64,000 nt of DNA from Mycobacterium sp. (GCF_029961025.1 NZ_JASBVP010000015.1:38519-102518); one strand, 5' to 3'. Counted from the first letter of the stretch, positions 29,746 to 44,564 are shown. Notes: generated by a model from the letters alone, not told the origin. Numbers and translations: made by a program.

Positions 29746-31304
29746 AACGGCGGCGGTTGGTTGCGCTCGGCGATGTGGGCGGCGTTAAGCGCGCGCTCGG
29801 CGTCGATGCGGCGGGCACGGTCGTGTTCCCGGGTGCGGCACCGCGTGGGCATCATGATCCCGCGCTCACCAGGCTGCCGATAAACCGTTGGGGCAGATGG
29901 CAATTCGCCGGTAGGCAGGCACAGCGCGGGGAACAGCAATCGACTGCCCGGGCGAGTGATGTAGGTGTGCCCGGTGGGTGCGGTCCACGCGACGGTGGCG
30001 TCGGGCAGCTGCTGGTCGCGCCAACCGTCGGCACCGGTCCAGAAAGTTTTCAGCAAATGATGCTTTCTGCAAAGGCATTTCAAATTCGATGGGTGGGTCG
30101 GCCCGAGCGGCCACGCGATGGTGTGGTCGATATCGCAAAGCTCGGCGGGTCGATCGCAGTTGGGGAACCGACACGTCATATCCCGGCACCGGATGAACCG
30201 CTCCAGCGCGGCCGAGGGGCGGTAGCCGGGTTCGGGCACCACCGCCCCGCCGGGATGGCACACCGGGCGGACCTTGGCCCCGGTCCGGATCAGCTCGGTA
30301 AGCAGCGGGCCGGGTATCAGCCCACCGGTAGTGAGCACGGCGGCCGGCGGTGCGGTCCCGGCGACGGGCGGATCGGGTTCGGGATCGGGGGCCAGCGCCT
30401 CAGCCAGCGGGGTCTCGCCGGTGATGGGTCGCGGGGTGGGCGGCTCACCCGAGATGTGCGGGTCGGGCTGACCGTGAAGCGCCGCTTCACCGGCGACGAT
30501 GTGGACGACCACGCTCGCCGCGCGCTCATCATCGTCGGCGCCGACCGGGCAGTCGGGGCTGGCGCAGCAGCACGCCAGCCCCCCGGCGCCGGCGGCCAGC
30601 GCCCCCAGCGCATCGGCGCGACGCTGGGCGATGGTGCGCGGATCGCCATCACACACCTCATGGGCCATCTGGGTGAGCCGACGATCCAGCACCGCCGCGT
30701 CGGTGGCAAATAGCCGGCCCCACAGGGCCGCGGTGCCCGCCTCCTGGTGGGCGCTGTCGATGACCACATCGCGACTGCGCGCGGTCGCCCGGGTGCGCCG
30801 CAACGCCCCCGGGTCAAAACGATCCACCACCGCCTCGATGGCCTCCGCGGTTTTGTTGACAGACAGCGGCCCCCAGCGTGCCGCGTCCCCGGCCAGGGTC
30901 TTATCGACCAGCCGCAGTGTTTCGGGGTCTTTGATCAATTCGGTGTGCCACACGATCGCCGCCGCCAACCGCGCACCGATAATGCCCTCGGCGAACAACG
31001 CACCCACCCGGGGCAGCCGGTCACGCAACGCCACACCCAGAGACATCTGCCCCAACGCCATGGCATGGCTCATGCCCTGGGCGGCGGCGACTTCAGCGGC
31101 CATGGCGTCCCAGTTATCGCAGGACCACCGCCCGCGTTCGGGGGAGCCTCCGTCGACGCGGCGGGCGACCAGCTCGGCGATGGCCGCCAGCCGGCGCGCC
31201 GACGCGGCGGCCTCCGCCCGCGCCCAGCCGGCGATCGCCGCCACCAGCGTCGCGTCATCGGCCCCCGCCAGCGCCGCACCCTCCGGCAACGAGCCATCGA
31301 ACAT
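29742..31304 (-). CDS. DUF222 + HNH endonuclease protein (REP13E12 family)
   Basis: MFD start, [53 protein letters not shown]. Confidence 0.92.
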   Translation of the reverse strand: MFDGSLPEGAALAGADDATLVAAIAGWARAEAAASARRLAAIAELVARRVDGGSPERGRWSCDNWDAMAAEVAAAQGMSHAMALGQMSLGVALRDRLPRVGALFAEGIIGARLAAAIVWHTELIKDPETLRLVDKTLAGDAARWGPLSVNKTAEAIEAVVDRFDPGALRRTRATARSRDVVIDSAHQEAGTAALWGRLFATDAAVLDRRLTQMAHEVCDGDPRTIAQRRADALGALAAGAGGLACCCASPDCPVGADDDERAASVVVHIVAGEAALHGQPDPHISGEPPTPRPITGETPLAEALAPDPEPDPPVAGTAPPAAVLTTGGLIPGPLLTELIRTGAKVRPVCHPGGAVVPEPGYRPSAALERFIRCRDMTCRFPNCDRPAELCDIDHTIAWPLGPTHPSNLKCLCRKHHLLKTFWTGADGWRDQQLPDATVAWTAPTGHTYITRPGSRLLFPALCLPTGELPSAPTVYRQPGERGIMMPTRCRTREHDRARRIDAERALNAAHIAERNQPPPF

Positions 31305-31386
31305 ACCGCCGTAACTTGGGGTTAGTCGGGCCCTCCGACGCCCGCGGCGGCCCGGCCGGCAACCTGGGGATGAATGCCCAACTGTG

Positions 31387-31425
31387 GACAAGCGATCGAG
31401 ACAAGCGATCGAGACAAGCGATCGA
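31387..31425. repeat. Tandem repeat, 3 x 13 bp GACAAGCGATCGA
   Basis: Three exact copies read directly from the sequence. Confidence 0.95.
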
Positions 31426-31466
31426 CAGGGGCGGAGCGGATAGCGAGTGAGCGCCCCGGCGAGACC

Positions 31467-31814
31467 TCAGTCCTCGGGTGCCAGCAGCACGTCGGCGTCG
31501 AAGCAGCTGTGATCCCCGGTGTGACAGGCACCGCCGACCTGGTCGACCAGCAGCAGCACCGCGTCACCGTCGCAGTCCAGGCGCACCGAATGCACATGCT
31601 GGGTGTGCCCCGAGGTCGCGCCCTTGACCCAGTGCTCGCCGCGGGAGCGGGAAAAATAGGTGGCCCGGCGGGTGGCCAGGGTGCGGGCCAGGGCCTCGTC
31701 GTCCATCCAGGCGACCATCAGCACCTCGCCGCTGGCGCGCTCTTGCACCACCGCGGTGAACAGCCCGTCGGCGTTGCGTTTAAGCCGGGCCGCGATGGCC
31801 GGGTCGAGCGTCAT
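31467..31814 (-). CDS. hisI: Phosphoribosyl-AMP cyclohydrolase
   Basis: [30 protein letters not shown]; ATGA overlap with hisF. Confidence 0.96.
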   Translation of the reverse strand: MTLDPAIAARLKRNADGLFTAVVQERASGEVLMVAWMDDEALARTLATRRATYFSRSRGEHWVKGATSGHTQHVHSVRLDCDGDAVLLLVDQVGGACHTGDHSCFDADVLLAPED

Positions 31815-32596
31815 CGCACCGTGATCCCCTCGGCCGCCATCGCGGCCTTCACCTGGGCGATGGTCAGCTGGCGGAAGTGAAAAACACTGGCCGCCAATAC
31901 CGCATCGGCGCCGGCGCGGACCGCGGGCGCGAAATGCTCCACCGCCCCGGCGCCGCCGCTGGCGATCACCGGCAGGCGCACCGCGGCGCGCACCGCCCGC
32001 AGCATCGGCAGGTCGAAGCCGGCCCGGGTGCCGTCGGCGTCCATCGAATTGAGCAGGATCTCCCCCACCCCCAGCTCGGCGCCCCGGACCGCCCACTCGA
32101 TCGCGTCGATGCCGGTGCCGCGGCGCCCGCCGTGCGTGGTGACCTCCCAGCCCGAGGCCGTCGGCGCCGCGCCGGCGGGCACCGTGCGCGCGTCGACGGA
32201 GAGCACAATGCACTGCGAGCCGAAAGCCCGGGCCAGCTCCCCCAACAGGTCCGGCCGCGCGATCGCGGCGGTGTTGACCGCAACCTTGTCGGCCCCGGCG
32301 CGCAGCAACGCGTCGACATCGGCCACGCTGCGCACCCCACCGCCCACCGTGAGGGGAATGAATACCTGCTCGGCGGTGCGGCGCACCACCTCGAGCATGG
32401 TGGCCCGCCCCGAGGAGGAGGCCGTCACGTCGAGAAACGTCAACTCGTCGGCCCCCTCGGCGTCGTAGGCGGCCGCAAGTTCGACGGGATCACCGGCGTC
32501 GCGCAGGTTTTCGAAGTTGACGCCCTTGACCACCCGGCCGTCGTCGACGTCTAGGCACGGGATCACCCGCACCGCGACACCGTTAGCGGCACCCAT
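31811..32596 (-). CDS. hisF: Imidazole glycerol phosphate synthase cyclase subunit
   Basis: [32 protein letters not shown]. Confidence 0.98.
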   Translation of the reverse strand: MGAANGVAVRVIPCLDVDDGRVVKGVNFENLRDAGDPVELAAAYDAEGADELTFLDVTASSSGRATMLEVVRRTAEQVFIPLTVGGGVRSVADVDALLRAGADKVAVNTAAIARPDLLGELARAFGSQCIVLSVDARTVPAGAAPTASGWEVTTHGGRRGTGIDAIEWAVRGAELGVGEILLNSMDADGTRAGFDLPMLRAVRAAVRLPVIASGGAGAVEHFAPAVRAGADAVLAASVFHFRQLTIAQVKAAMAAEGITVR

Positions 32597-33411
32597 CAGT
32601 AATCCTCCGGTCTGCCGGTGCGCTGCAGGATCTCCAGCATCTGGGAGTGCACGCCCGGGGCGGCGGCCAAGGCGGAGCGGGCGTCCGGGGTCCAGGGCTC
32701 ACCGGCCAGGTTGGTCACGATGCCGCCGGCGGCCCGCACCAGCGCCACCCCGGCGGCGTGATCCCACACGTGGTCACCGAAACTGACTGCACCACCGAGG
32801 ATTCCGTCCGCAACATACGCCAGGTCGATGCCGGTGGCGCCGTGCATGCGCAGCCGCGACGACACCCGGCTGAGGTTTTCCAGCACGGCCAGCCGGTAGC
32901 GTCCCGGAAAGCGCCCGCGCGAGTCCACGTTGAAGGTGCCCACGCCGATGATCGACTCGGAAAGCTCCCCGGCTTCCAGCGGCGGCTGCGGCACACCGTT
33001 TTTGATCAGCGGCCCACCCGCCACCGCGGTGTAGCGCTGACCGGTGAACGGCACCCAGGTCAGGCCCGCCACCGGATCCCCGTCGTGCATCAGGCCCAAC
33101 AGGATCGCGGCCATCGGGGACCCGGCGGCGTAATTGAACGTCCCGTCGATGGGATCGAGCACCCACAGCAACGACGAGCCGATGTCCGGGCCGCCGAACT
33201 CCTCGCCGTGCACCCTGATGCCGGTGGCCGCGACCAGCGCATCGGCGACCCGGCGCTCGATCTCGAGATCGACCTTGGTGGCGAAGTCGTCACCTTTTTT
33301 GCGGACCGCCGAACCGGCACGGTGCCCGGCGATGAACGGCTCGGCCGCCGCGTCGAGGATCGCCGACGCCTCGGCCACCAACGCATCGAGATCCCCGAGG
33401 TCCACCGTCAT
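32596..33411 (-). CDS. impA: Inositol monophosphatase-family protein ImpA (Rv1604)
   Basis: [21 protein letters not shown]; position in his operon. Confidence 0.92.
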   Translation of the reverse strand: MTVDLGDLDALVAEASAILDAAAEPFIAGHRAGSAVRKKGDDFATKVDLEIERRVADALVAATGIRVHGEEFGGPDIGSSLLWVLDPIDGTFNYAAGSPMAAILLGLMHDGDPVAGLTWVPFTGQRYTAVAGGPLIKNGVPQPPLEAGELSESIIGVGTFNVDSRGRFPGRYRLAVLENLSRVSSRLRMHGATGIDLAYVADGILGGAVSFGDHVWDHAAGVALVRAAGGIVTNLAGEPWTPDARSALAAAPGVHSQMLEILQRTGRPEDY

Positions 33412-34139
33412 CGCACCGCCGCCAGCGCCTGGGCCAGACTGAACCGCCCCGCGTACAGCGCTTTACCCACTATGGCGCCCTCCACCCCGCGGCCCGCCAG
33501 CCCGGCGAGGGCGCGCAGGTCCTCCAGGCTGGACACCCCACCGGACGCGATCAGCGGGACGCCGGTGCGCTCGGCGACCCGCGCGAGCAGCTCCACATTG
33601 GGACCGCTCAGCGTGCCGTCCTTGCTGACATCGGTGACGACGAACCGCGCACATCCTTGCGCCTCAAGGCGTTCCATTACTTCCCACAGGTCGCCACCGT
33701 CGGTTTCCCAACCGCGCCCACGCAACCGGTGCCGGCCGTCGATGATCTGGACGTCCAGGCCGACGGCGATTTTCTCGCCGTGGCGGGCAATGACTTTCGC
33801 GCACCAGTCCGGGTTCTCCAGCGCCGCGGTTCCGAGATTGACCCGGGCGCACCCGGTGGCCAGCGCCGCGGACAGCGACTCGTCGTCGCGGATACCGCCG
33901 GACAGCTCGACGTTCACGTCGAGTTTACCGACGACCTCGGCCAGCAGTTCGCGGTTGGACCCCCGCCCGAAGGCGGCATCCAGATCGACCAGGTGCACCC
34001 ACTGCGCGCCGTCACGCTGCCAGCCCAGCGCGGCGTCGAGCGCCGAACCGTACTCGGTTTCGCTGCCGGCTCGGCCCTGCACCAGACGAACGGCGCGACC
34101 GTTGACAACGTCCACCGCGGGCAACACGATCAGCGCCAT
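33408..34139 (-). CDS. hisA: Bifunctional HisA/TrpF isomerase (PriA)
   Basis: [46 protein letters not shown]. Confidence 0.96.
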   Translation of the reverse strand: MALIVLPAVDVVNGRAVRLVQGRAGSETEYGSALDAALGWQRDGAQWVHLVDLDAAFGRGSNRELLAEVVGKLDVNVELSGGIRDDESLSAALATGCARVNLGTAALENPDWCAKVIARHGEKIAVGLDVQIIDGRHRLRGRGWETDGGDLWEVMERLEAQGCARFVVTDVSKDGTLSGPNVELLARVAERTGVPLIASGGVSSLEDLRALAGLAGRGVEGAIVGKALYAGRFSLAQALAAVR

Positions 34140-34246
34140 CAGCCACCCCGTTCCGCCGGGGCACGACGGCTCCCGCACACTCTCGGGGAGTTCCTCCTCA
34201 TAGCCCTCGAAGTCCTCATAGTCCTCATAGTCCTCATAGTCCTCAT
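34139..34246 (-). CDS. Putative 35-aa coupling mini-[38 protein letters not shown]
   Basis: Its ATG overlaps the hisH TGA (ATGA) and its TGA overlaps the hisA ATG (TGATG). Translation is not demonstrated. Confidence 0.4.
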   Translation of the reverse strand: MRTMRTMRTMRTSRAMRRNSPRVCGSRRAPAERGG

Positions 34247-34251
34247 AGTCC
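34198..34251. repeat. 9-bp tandem repeat (minus strand GGACTATGA), 4 exact plus 2 degenerate copies
   Basis: TCATAGTCC x4 at 34216-34251, plus TCGAAGTCC and TCATAGCCC. Confidence 0.95.
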
Positions 34252-34859
34252 GTCGACCCAGTTGCTCAACAGCACGGCTCCGGCGTCCCCGCTTTTCTCG
34301 GGGTGAAACTGGGTGGCCGCCAGCGGGCCGTCCTCGACCGCGGCCAAAAACCGGACGTGGTGGGTGGCCCAGCTCAGCAGCGCGTCGGGCGCGCCTTCCC
34401 AGCACTGCGCGGCGTAGGAGTGCACGAAATAAAACCGGGTATCGGCGCTTAGGCCCTTGAACAGGGCGCTGCCGGGCGCCGCGGTCACCACGTTCCAGCC
34501 CATGTGCGGCACGATCGGGGCGTCCAGCCGGGTCACCGCGCCGGGCCACTGCCCGCAGCCCGGCGACTCGATCCCGAACTCCACGCCGCGGGCGAACAGG
34601 ATCTGCATGCCCACACAGACCCCCAGCACCGGGCGCCCCGCCGAAACCCGGTCGGCAATGATCCGATCCCCGCCTATTGCCCGCAAACCCGCCATGCACG
34701 CCTGAAACGCCCCGACGCCGGGAACCACCAGCCCGTCGGCGGCCAAGGCGGCGCCGGCATCCGCGGTCACCTCCACCGTGGCGCCGACCCGCTGCAGCGC
34801 GCGTTGCGCCGACCGCAGATTGCCCGAGCCGTAGTCCAGGATTACAACGGATTTGCTTT

Positions 34860-34863
<4 letters not shown>
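34243..34863 (-). CDS. hisH: Imidazole glycerol phosphate synthase glutaminase subunit
   Basis: [30 protein letters not shown]. Confidence 0.97.
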
Positions 34864-37929
<3,066 letters not shown>

Positions 37930-38013
37930 TCGACCATTGTCCCAGAACGGCCCGACCCGACATCGTCGCGTCTCGGCCCGGCCAGGCGCCCCCGCCTTCG
38001 CCCCCGCCTTTCG

Positions 38014-38922
38014 CTAAAGATCCAACCCGATATCCAGCGCCCGCGCCGAGTGGGTCAGCGCGCCGACGGCCAGGTAATCCACCCCGGTGCCGGCGTAGCC
38101 GGCGGCGGTGTCCAGGGTGAGCCCGCCGGAGGACTCCAGCTTGACGGCGGGCGCGCGAGCATCACGACGCTGCACCGCGGCCCGGGTCTGCGGGATCGTG
38201 AAGTTGTCCAGCAGCACCAACTCCGGCTCCTCGCCCAGCAGCTCGTCGAACTGCTCCAGCGAGTCGACTTCGACCTCACACGGCAGGTTCGGTGCCGCCG
38301 CGCGCACCGCCCGCAGCGCGGCCACCACCGATCCCGCCGCCGCGACGTGGTTGTCTTTGATCAGCGCGGCGTCCCCCAGCCCGAGGCGGTGATTGACGCC
38401 GCCGCCGACGCGGACCGCGTATTTCTGCAGCACCCGCAGCCCGGGCAGGGTTTTGCGGGTGTCCCGGATCCGGGCCTTGGTGCCGCGCACGGCGTCGACC
38501 CAGGCCGCCGTCGCGGTGGCGATCCCGGACAGGTGGCAAAGCAGGTTCAGCAGGGTCCGCTCCGCGGTCAGCAGGCCACGGGTGTCGGCCTGCACCCGCA
38601 GCAGCGCCGCGCCCGGCCGCAGCCGCGCGCCGTCCTCGACACGGTCGAGCACCCGGTAGCCGCCGGGCCCGAGCACCTCGTCCAGCACCAGCAGCGCGAC
38701 GTCCACCCCGGCGATCACCCCGGGCTCGCGGGCTCTCAGCGCCGCGCTGACCGTTGCCCCTTCGGGCACGGTGGCCAATGTGGTGATGTCCGGGCCGTAG
38801 CCCAGATCCTCATCCAGGGCACGACGGATCGTGGCCCGGGCCGCATCCAGCTCGGCACCGGATAGCGACGCCGTGCCGCCGCTCTGCGCCGCGTCAGGCC
38901 GCGTCCCCGCCGGCGCGGCCAT
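38014..38922 (-). CDS. nadC: Quinolinate phosphoribosyltransferase
   Basis: AERTLLN, DTRKTLPG, NHRLGL, IKDNH, EVEVDS, LLDNF, ESSGG. Confidence 0.96.
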   Translation of the reverse strand: MAAPAGTRPDAAQSGGTASLSGAELDAARATIRRALDEDLGYGPDITTLATVPEGATVSAALRAREPGVIAGVDVALLVLDEVLGPGGYRVLDRVEDGARLRPGAALLRVQADTRGLLTAERTLLNLLCHLSGIATATAAWVDAVRGTKARIRDTRKTLPGLRVLQKYAVRVGGGVNHRLGLGDAALIKDNHVAAAGSVVAALRAVRAAAPNLPCEVEVDSLEQFDELLGEEPELVLLDNFTIPQTRAAVQRRDARAPAVKLESSGGLTLDTAAGYAGTGVDYLAVGALTHSARALDIGLDL

Positions 38923-40493
38923 CAGCACACCCCCGCCGGCGCCTCGACGTGCACCGCTCCCCCCGCCAGTCGGACCACGACGCTGCGGGCCTGATCCGCA
39001 GCGGCGTTGGGGTAGTCGGCGCGATGATGACAGCCCCGGCTCTCCTCACGGGCCAGGGCGGCGGCGGTCACCGCCCGCGCCGTCACGGTCAGCGCCACGT
39101 CCTCGAAATCGGCACGGCTCGCCACCCGGCGAACGGGTGCCGCGGCCAGCATGTCGGTCAACCGACGCAGTCCGCCGGCGGTGCGAACCACCGAGGCGTC
39201 CCGGGCCATCGCCCGCTGCAGCCGGCCGCGTGGCATCGCCGGCTGCGGCACCGGATCGGGTGTTCTCGCGTGGGTGCGCCCGACGGCCGCGGCGTGCGCG
39301 GCGGCGGCCCGCCCCGCGCGGCCCCCGACGACAAGGCCTTCCAGCAGGCTGTTGGAGGCCAGCCGGTTGGCGCCGTGCATCCCGGTGCGGGCCACCTCGC
39401 CGGCCGCGAACAACCCCGGCAGCTCGGTGCGCCCGTCGACGTCGGTGACCACGCCGCCGCAGCTGTAGTGCGCCCCGGGAACGACCGGAATCGGTTGGCG
39501 CAGGGGATCGACGCCGATCGCCCGGCAGGCGGCCGTGACGGTGGGAAACCGCGATTCGAGATCCGCGACAGCCCGGGCGTCGAGGTAGACGTGCGTGTCG
39601 CCGGTGGCCTTCAGCCGCGCGTCGATGGCCGCCGCGACCACGTCACGCGGCGCCAGATCCCCCATCGGGTGAATGCCCGCCGTTACTGAATTGCCTTGGC
39701 TATCAAACAATACCGCGCCCTCACCGCGGAGGGCTTCGGTGATCAGCGGGCGACGGCCGCCGGTGCGGCCGTCGAAGAGCATGGTCGGATGGAATTGGAT
39801 GAACTCGACGTCGCTGACCGGCACACCGGCCCACAACGCCAACGCAATGCCGTCGCCGGTGCAACCCTCGGGGTTGGTGGTCGCGGCATACAGGTGGCCC
39901 AGCCCGCCGGTGGCCAGGACCACCGAGGGCGCGTGCACGATCCCGAAGCCCCCCGGGCCGAGCACCCAGACGCCCGTCACCGCCGCACCGTCGTGCAGCA
40001 CCCGTAACACCACGTGGTTGGTGCGCACGTCCAGCGCGGCCGCCGCACGGTCGAGCACCCGCTGCACCTCCGCCCCGGTGGCGTCGCCGCCGGCGTGGAT
40101 GATCCGCCGCCGCGAGTGGCCGCCTTCCCGGGTCAGCGCCCACCGGCCGGGCAGTGATTCATCGAATTGTGCTCCGCCACCGACCAATTCGGCCACCGCA
40201 CGATATCCGTCGGCGACGATCGAGGACACCGCGTCGGGGTCGCAGAGACCCGCGCCCGCGGCCAGCGTGTCGGCCACGTGGGCGTCCACCGAGTCGTCGG
40301 TGTCCGGCAGCGCCACGGCGATGCCGCCCTGGGCGTAAAACGTGGCGGTCGCCCCGGGTGTCCGCTCGGCCTTGCTGAGCACCACGACGCTGCGCCCGGC
40401 GCGGTGCGCGGCCAGCGCGGCGGCCAGCCCGGCGACACCGGTGCCGACGACCACGACGTCGGTGCGCCGTTCCCACTGCGGCGCGGGGATCAT
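38922..40493 (-). CDS. nadB: L-aspartate oxidase
   Basis: [53 protein letters not shown]. Confidence 0.96.
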   Translation of the reverse strand: MIPAPQWERRTDVVVVGTGVAGLAAALAAHRAGRSVVVLSKAERTPGATATFYAQGGIAVALPDTDDSVDAHVADTLAAGAGLCDPDAVSSIVADGYRAVAELVGGGAQFDESLPGRWALTREGGHSRRRIIHAGGDATGAEVQRVLDRAAAALDVRTNHVVLRVLHDGAAVTGVWVLGPGGFGIVHAPSVVLATGGLGHLYAATTNPEGCTGDGIALALWAGVPVSDVEFIQFHPTMLFDGRTGGRRPLITEALRGEGAVLFDSQGNSVTAGIHPMGDLAPRDVVAAAIDARLKATGDTHVYLDARAVADLESRFPTVTAACRAIGVDPLRQPIPVVPGAHYSCGGVVTDVDGRTELPGLFAAGEVARTGMHGANRLASNSLLEGLVVGGRAGRAAAAHAAAVGRTHARTPDPVPQPAMPRGRLQRAMARDASVVRTAGGLRRLTDMLAAAPVRRVASRADFEDVALTVTARAVTAAALAREESRGCHHRADYPNAAADQARSVVVRLAGGAVHVEAPAGVC

Positions 40494-41548
40494 TCGCCGC
40501 CGCCCGGCCGCCCGATCCGGATCATCCGCTGCACGCTGCGTCGCGCCAGCCGGGCCGTCTGCGGATCGACATCGACTTCATCGACACCCTCAACCAGGCA
40601 GCGCAACAGCGCCGCAGGCGTGATCATCTTCATGTATTTGCAGGTCGCACGGCCGTTGACGGCCCGAAAGTCGACTCCGGGGGCGGCGTTGCGCAGCTGG
40701 TAGAGCATGCCGACCTCGGTGGCGACCAGCACCTGCCGCGCCCGGGTGGTGCGCGCGGCGTCGAGCATTCCCCCGGTGGACAGGATCTTCACCCGCTCGG
40801 CCGGGAAGGCACCTTCCCCAGCCAGATACAGCGCGGAGGTGGCGCAGCCGCACTCGGGGTGCACGAACAACTCGGCATCGGGGTGGGCGCGGGCCTGTTC
40901 GGTGAGCTCGGCGCCGTTGATGGCGGCGTGCACGTGGCATTCACCGGCCCACACATGCAGGTTGGCGCGCCCGGTCACGCGGCGAACGTGCGCGCCGAGG
41001 AATTGGTCCGGGCAGAACAGCACCTCGCGATCCGGGTCGATGGAGTTGACCACGTCCACAGCGTTCGCCGAGGTGCAGCAGATGTCGGTGAGCGCCTTCA
41101 CCGCCGCCGTGGTGTTGACGTAGGAGACCACCACCGCTCCGGGGTGCTCCCGCTTCCAGGCGCGCAGCTCATCGGGAGTGATCGAGTCCGCCAGCGAGCA
41201 GCCGGCCCGCTGATCCGGGATGAGCACCGTCTTGTTCGGGCTGAGAATTTTGGCGGTCTCGGCCATGAAGTGCACACCGCAGAACACGATGGTGTCCTCG
41301 GGCGCGGCGGCGGCGATCCGCGACAGCGCCAGCGAGTCACCGACGTGATCGGCGACGTCTTGGATGGCGGGCACCTGGTAGTTGTGCGCCAGGATGGTGG
41401 CGTTACGCGCCTTGGCCAACCGCCGAATCTCCGCCGCCCATCGCTCGTCGGCTTGCACCCCGGTGTAACCGGTGGGCGAGTCGCTGATATCCGCACGCAG
41501 GTCGCCGCCGGGCCGAGCCCGGGTGTCCGCACGATTCAGGACCGTCAT
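40490..41548 (-). CDS. nadA: Quinolinate synthase
   Basis: [41 protein letters not shown]. Confidence 0.97.
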   Translation of the reverse strand: MTVLNRADTRARPGGDLRADISDSPTGYTGVQADERWAAEIRRLAKARNATILAHNYQVPAIQDVADHVGDSLALSRIAAAAPEDTIVFCGVHFMAETAKILSPNKTVLIPDQRAGCSLADSITPDELRAWKREHPGAVVVSYVNTTAAVKALTDICCTSANAVDVVNSIDPDREVLFCPDQFLGAHVRRVTGRANLHVWAGECHVHAAINGAELTEQARAHPDAELFVHPECGCATSALYLAGEGAFPAERVKILSTGGMLDAARTTRARQVLVATEVGMLYQLRNAAPGVDFRAVNGRATCKYMKMITPAALLRCLVEGVDEVDVDPQTARLARRSVQRMIRIGRPGGGE

Positions 41549-41573
41549 AGCCGTTCCTTTCGCCCGTGCCGGG

Positions 41574-41596
41574 GTTTTCGACTTACAATCGAAAAC
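41574..41596. promoter_or_regulatory. NrtR operator, 23-bp palindrome GTTTTCGA-CTTACAA-TCGAAAAC
   Basis: Perfect 8-bp inverted repeat between divergent nadA and nrtR; contains TACAAT 7 nt before the nrtR ATG. Confidence 0.88.
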
Positions 41597-42301
41597 ATGC
41601 CCCATAGTAGCACCGACCACGAAGTGCTCGCCGTGGTGTTCCAGGTTCGCCGCGCCGAGACCGGGCGCGGCACCGAGAAACCACAGCTGCACGTGCTGTT
41701 GTGGCAACGGGCACGGGAACCGCACCGCGGCGCGTGGGCACTGCCGGGCGGGAGGCTGCGCGACGACGAGGACATCACCATCTCGGTTCGCCGCCAATTG
41801 GCCGAGAAGGTGGATCTGCGAGAGGTCGCGCATCTGGAACAGCTCGCGGTGTTCTCCGATCCCGGCCGGGTGCCGGGGCGGCGGGTCATCGCGGCGACGT
41901 TTCTGGGGCTGGTGCCGTTTCCCGCCACCCCCGAACTGCCACCCGACACCCGCTGGCACCCGGTCACCTCGCTGCCGCCGATGGCGTTCGACCACGGGCC
42001 GATGGTGACCCACGCCCGCAGCCGGCTGGTCGCCAAGATGTCCTACACCAATATCGGATTCGCTTTGGCACCAAGCGAATTCGTGGTGTCCACGCTGCGC
42101 GACATCTACAGCGCGGCGTTGGGGTACCAGGTCGACGCCACCAACCTGCAACGGGTGTTGACCCGCCGCGGCGTCATCACCCAGACCGGCACCCTCGCGC
42201 GGTCCGGGCGCAGCGGCGGGCGTCCGGCGGCCCGGTACCGCTTCACCGACTCGCGGCTGCGGGTCACCGACGAATTCGCCGCGCTGCGCCCGCCCGGGTG
42301 A
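41597..42301 (+). CDS. nrtR: Nudix-related transcriptional regulator NrtR (Rv1593c)
   Basis: Degenerate Nudix box (WALPGG..RRQLAEK), C-terminal wHTH ([24 protein letters not shown]); divergent from nadABC. Confidence 0.9.
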   Translation: MPHSSTDHEVLAVVFQVRRAETGRGTEKPQLHVLLWQRAREPHRGAWALPGGRLRDDEDITISVRRQLAEKVDLREVAHLEQLAVFSDPGRVPGRRVIAATFLGLVPFPATPELPPDTRWHPVTSLPPMAFDHGPMVTHARSRLVAKMSYTNIGFALAPSEFVVSTLRDIYSAALGYQVDATNLQRVLTRRGVITQTGTLARSGRSGGRPAARYRFTDSRLRVTDEFAALRPPG

Positions 42302-42343
42302 GCTGACTGGATTCTTAAACCGCTCTTCAGCAACAATGCCCCG

Positions 42344-43681
42344 ATGGACCTTCTCGGGGCCGCGACCACCAGCGGTGCGCAATGGATCGGCAAGCCGCCG
42401 CATGAGGAGCTGGACCGCACGGCCCGCCCGCGGCCGCCGTCAGAGGATCCCTTCTACCTGCCGCCAGCCGGCTTTCAGCACGCCGCGCCGGGAACCGTGC
42501 TGCGTTCGCGCGACGTCGAGCTGGCGTATCTGGGCCTGATACCCCAGCGGACCACCGCCACCCAGCTGCTCTACCGCACCACCGACGTGCACGGGAAACC
42601 CCAGGCCGCCGTGACCACGGTGGTCGTTCCCGAGCGGATCCCGTCGCACCGAACCTGCCCGCTGCTGTCGTATCAGTGCGCGATCGATGCGGTGACATCG
42701 CGCTGCTTTCCCTCCTATGCGCTGCGGCGGCACGCCCGGGTGATCGGTGCGCTGCCGCAGCTGGAGCTCCTGCTGATCACCGCCGCGCTGGCCGAGGACT
42801 GGGCGGTCTCGGTGCCCGACCATGAGGGGCCCAGGGGTCTGTGGGGCGCGCCGTACGAACCGGGCTACTGCATCCTGGACGGGGCCCGCGCGGCGCTGAG
42901 CTTCGAGCGCTTCGGACTGTCGGCGTCGGCGCCCGTCGCGATGTGGGGGTATTCCGGCGGTGGGCTGGCGACCGCGTGGGCCGCCGAGGTCTACGCCGAC
43001 TACGCACCCGAGCTGAACGTCGTCGGCGCGGTGCTGGGATCACCCGTCGGCGATTTGGGCCACGCCTTCCGCCGGCTCAACGGCGGCCTGCTCGCCGGTT
43101 TGCCCGCGATGGTGATCGCCGCGCTGGCGCACGTCTACCCGGACCTGGACCGGGTGATCCGCGAGCACACCAACGACACCGGGCGCGCGCTGCTGCGCCG
43201 GCTGGAGACCATGACCACGGCGGCCGCGGTCGTCCGGATGGCGAAAAAGGATGTGGGCAAATACCTGGACCGGCCGCTGGAGGAGATCCTGGCGATGCCG
43301 GAGGTGCGGCACGTCTTCGCGGACATCAAACTCGGCACGGCGGTGCCCGCGCCGCCGGTGCTGATCGTGCAGGCCGTACACGATTTTCTCGTCGACGTCG
43401 CCGACGTCGACGCGCTGGCCGAGACGTACTCCGCGGGCGGAGCGCACGTCACCTACCACCGGGACGCGTTCTGCGACCACATCCTGCTGCATCCGCTGTC
43501 CGCCCCGATGACGATGCGATGGTTGCAGGACCGGTTTGCCGGCCGGCCGCTAAGCCGGCATGTGATCAGGACGACGTGGCCGACACTGCTCAACCCGCTG
43601 ACCTATCTCGGCATGGTGCGCCTGGGCGTGATCGCGGCGAAGATCCTCACCGGCAGGGCGGTCCATCGCCGCCCGCGGTGA
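42344..43681 (+). CDS. Secretory-lipase (LIP) family alpha/beta hydrolase (Rv1592c-like)
   Basis: QLLYRTT, SYQCAID, PDHEG, GYSGG nucleophile motif, QAVHD. Confidence 0.88.
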   Translation: MDLLGAATTSGAQWIGKPPHEELDRTARPRPPSEDPFYLPPAGFQHAAPGTVLRSRDVELAYLGLIPQRTTATQLLYRTTDVHGKPQAAVTTVVVPERIPSHRTCPLLSYQCAIDAVTSRCFPSYALRRHARVIGALPQLELLLITAALAEDWAVSVPDHEGPRGLWGAPYEPGYCILDGARAALSFERFGLSASAPVAMWGYSGGGLATAWAAEVYADYAPELNVVGAVLGSPVGDLGHAFRRLNGGLLAGLPAMVIAALAHVYPDLDRVIREHTNDTGRALLRRLETMTTAAAVVRMAKKDVGKYLDRPLEEILAMPEVRHVFADIKLGTAVPAPPVLIVQAVHDFLVDVADVDALAETYSAGGAHVTYHRDAFCDHILLHPLSAPMTMRWLQDRFAGRPLSRHVIRTTWPTLLNPLTYLGMVRLGVIAAKILTGRAVHRRPR

Positions 43682-44312
43682 CTACCTTCCGGCCCCGGGT
43701 GACACCCCTCACCGCGCTATCCGGTGGCGGTGCCGCCGGATAGCGGCCCAGGTCGTCGCGGGTGGCGGCGGCGGTCAGCAGGGCATACACCAGCGCACCC
43801 GTCGAGGCCGGCAGCAACAGGGTGGCGGCGATCTGCACCGGCCCGCGACCGAAAAACACCGGCGGCGCCTCGGTGACATAGGACACCGGGTGGTCGTGGG
43901 TGAGGGGTGCGCCGTCGACATCGACCGCCCCGTATCGCAGCCGCACCAGCAGGGCTCCCACCGCGGCCCCGGCCGCGGCCGCGGCCACCAAACCGAGTGT
44001 GAGCCCGGCGACCATCGCCGGCCCCCGGTGCTCCCGCCACTGCCACACCAGCACCGCGGCCACCACCGAAACCACGCTCAACAAGCCCAGCATCAGCACC
44101 GCCGCGACGAAGAAATGCTCGGACTCGACGCCCAGGTAGTCCAACAGACGCTCACCCGAACGCTGCAGCGCCACCACGGCGTGGATCGGCGGAGCGATCC
44201 ACGCCCACAACGCTCCGATCACCACCCCGGTGACGGCCAGCCCCGCCACCACGACGACGACCGCTCGCGTTTGCGACGTGCGCGGGGCGTGATCGCCCGG
44301 CTGGTTGGTCAT
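43647..44312 (-). CDS. DUF2567-family membrane protein (Rv1591-like)
   Basis: [25 protein letters not shown]; ATGA overlap with bsaP. Confidence 0.85.
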   Translation of the reverse strand: MTNQPGDHAPRTSQTRAVVVVVAGLAVTGVVIGALWAWIAPPIHAVVALQRSGERLLDYLGVESEHFFVAAVLMLGLLSVVSVVAAVLVWQWREHRGPAMVAGLTLGLVAAAAAGAAVGALLVRLRYGAVDVDGAPLTHDHPVSYVTEAPPVFFGRGPVQIAATLLLPASTGALVYALLTAAATRDDLGRYPAAPPPDSAVRGVTRGRKVVTAGGDGPPCR

Positions 44313-44551
44313 GGCGGTACCTCCAGGTCGGCCGAATCCACCTGCCCGTGCCGCGAACATGTCGCCCGCCAGCCGTCGGGCCGCACCTGCACGACCATCC
44401 GCCGGCCGCATTGCGCGCAGAAGCGCGGCGGCTCCAAGCCCAACTGGGCCGCCGCCGGCACCGCGGCGCCGGCCGGCTCGTCCCGGTGGCTGACACCGGT
44501 GTAAACGTTGTACACACCCGCGCCGATCGGGGCGGGCAATTGCGGAGGCAC
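44309..44551 (-). CDS. bsaP: Biotin synthase auxiliary protein BsaP (Rv1590)
   Basis: [31 protein letters not shown]; lies downstream of bioB. Confidence 0.9.
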   Translation of the reverse strand: MPPQLPAPIGAGVYNVYTGVSHRDEPAGAAVPAAAQLGLEPPRFCAQCGRRMVVQVRPDGWRATCSRHGQVDSADLEVPP

Positions 44552-44564
44552 AATCTCCAGTTTC

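Noticed and set aside
31298-31313. LexA SOS box at the DUF222 start
   Set aside because: Only one half-site (GTTCGA) matches TCGAAC-N4-GTTCGA.
31387-31425. Tandem arrays here and at 34198-34251 and 44565-44630 as CRISPR
   Set aside because: No spacers, units too short, and no cas genes.
31383-31425. Replication origin (DnaA box plus three 13-mers)
   Set aside because: Only one good box, 13-mers are not AT-rich, and there is no dnaA/dnaN context.
41549-42403. Apparent 285-aa N-terminal extension of NadA
   Set aside because: It is antisense to nrtR; NadA homology begins at ATG 41548.
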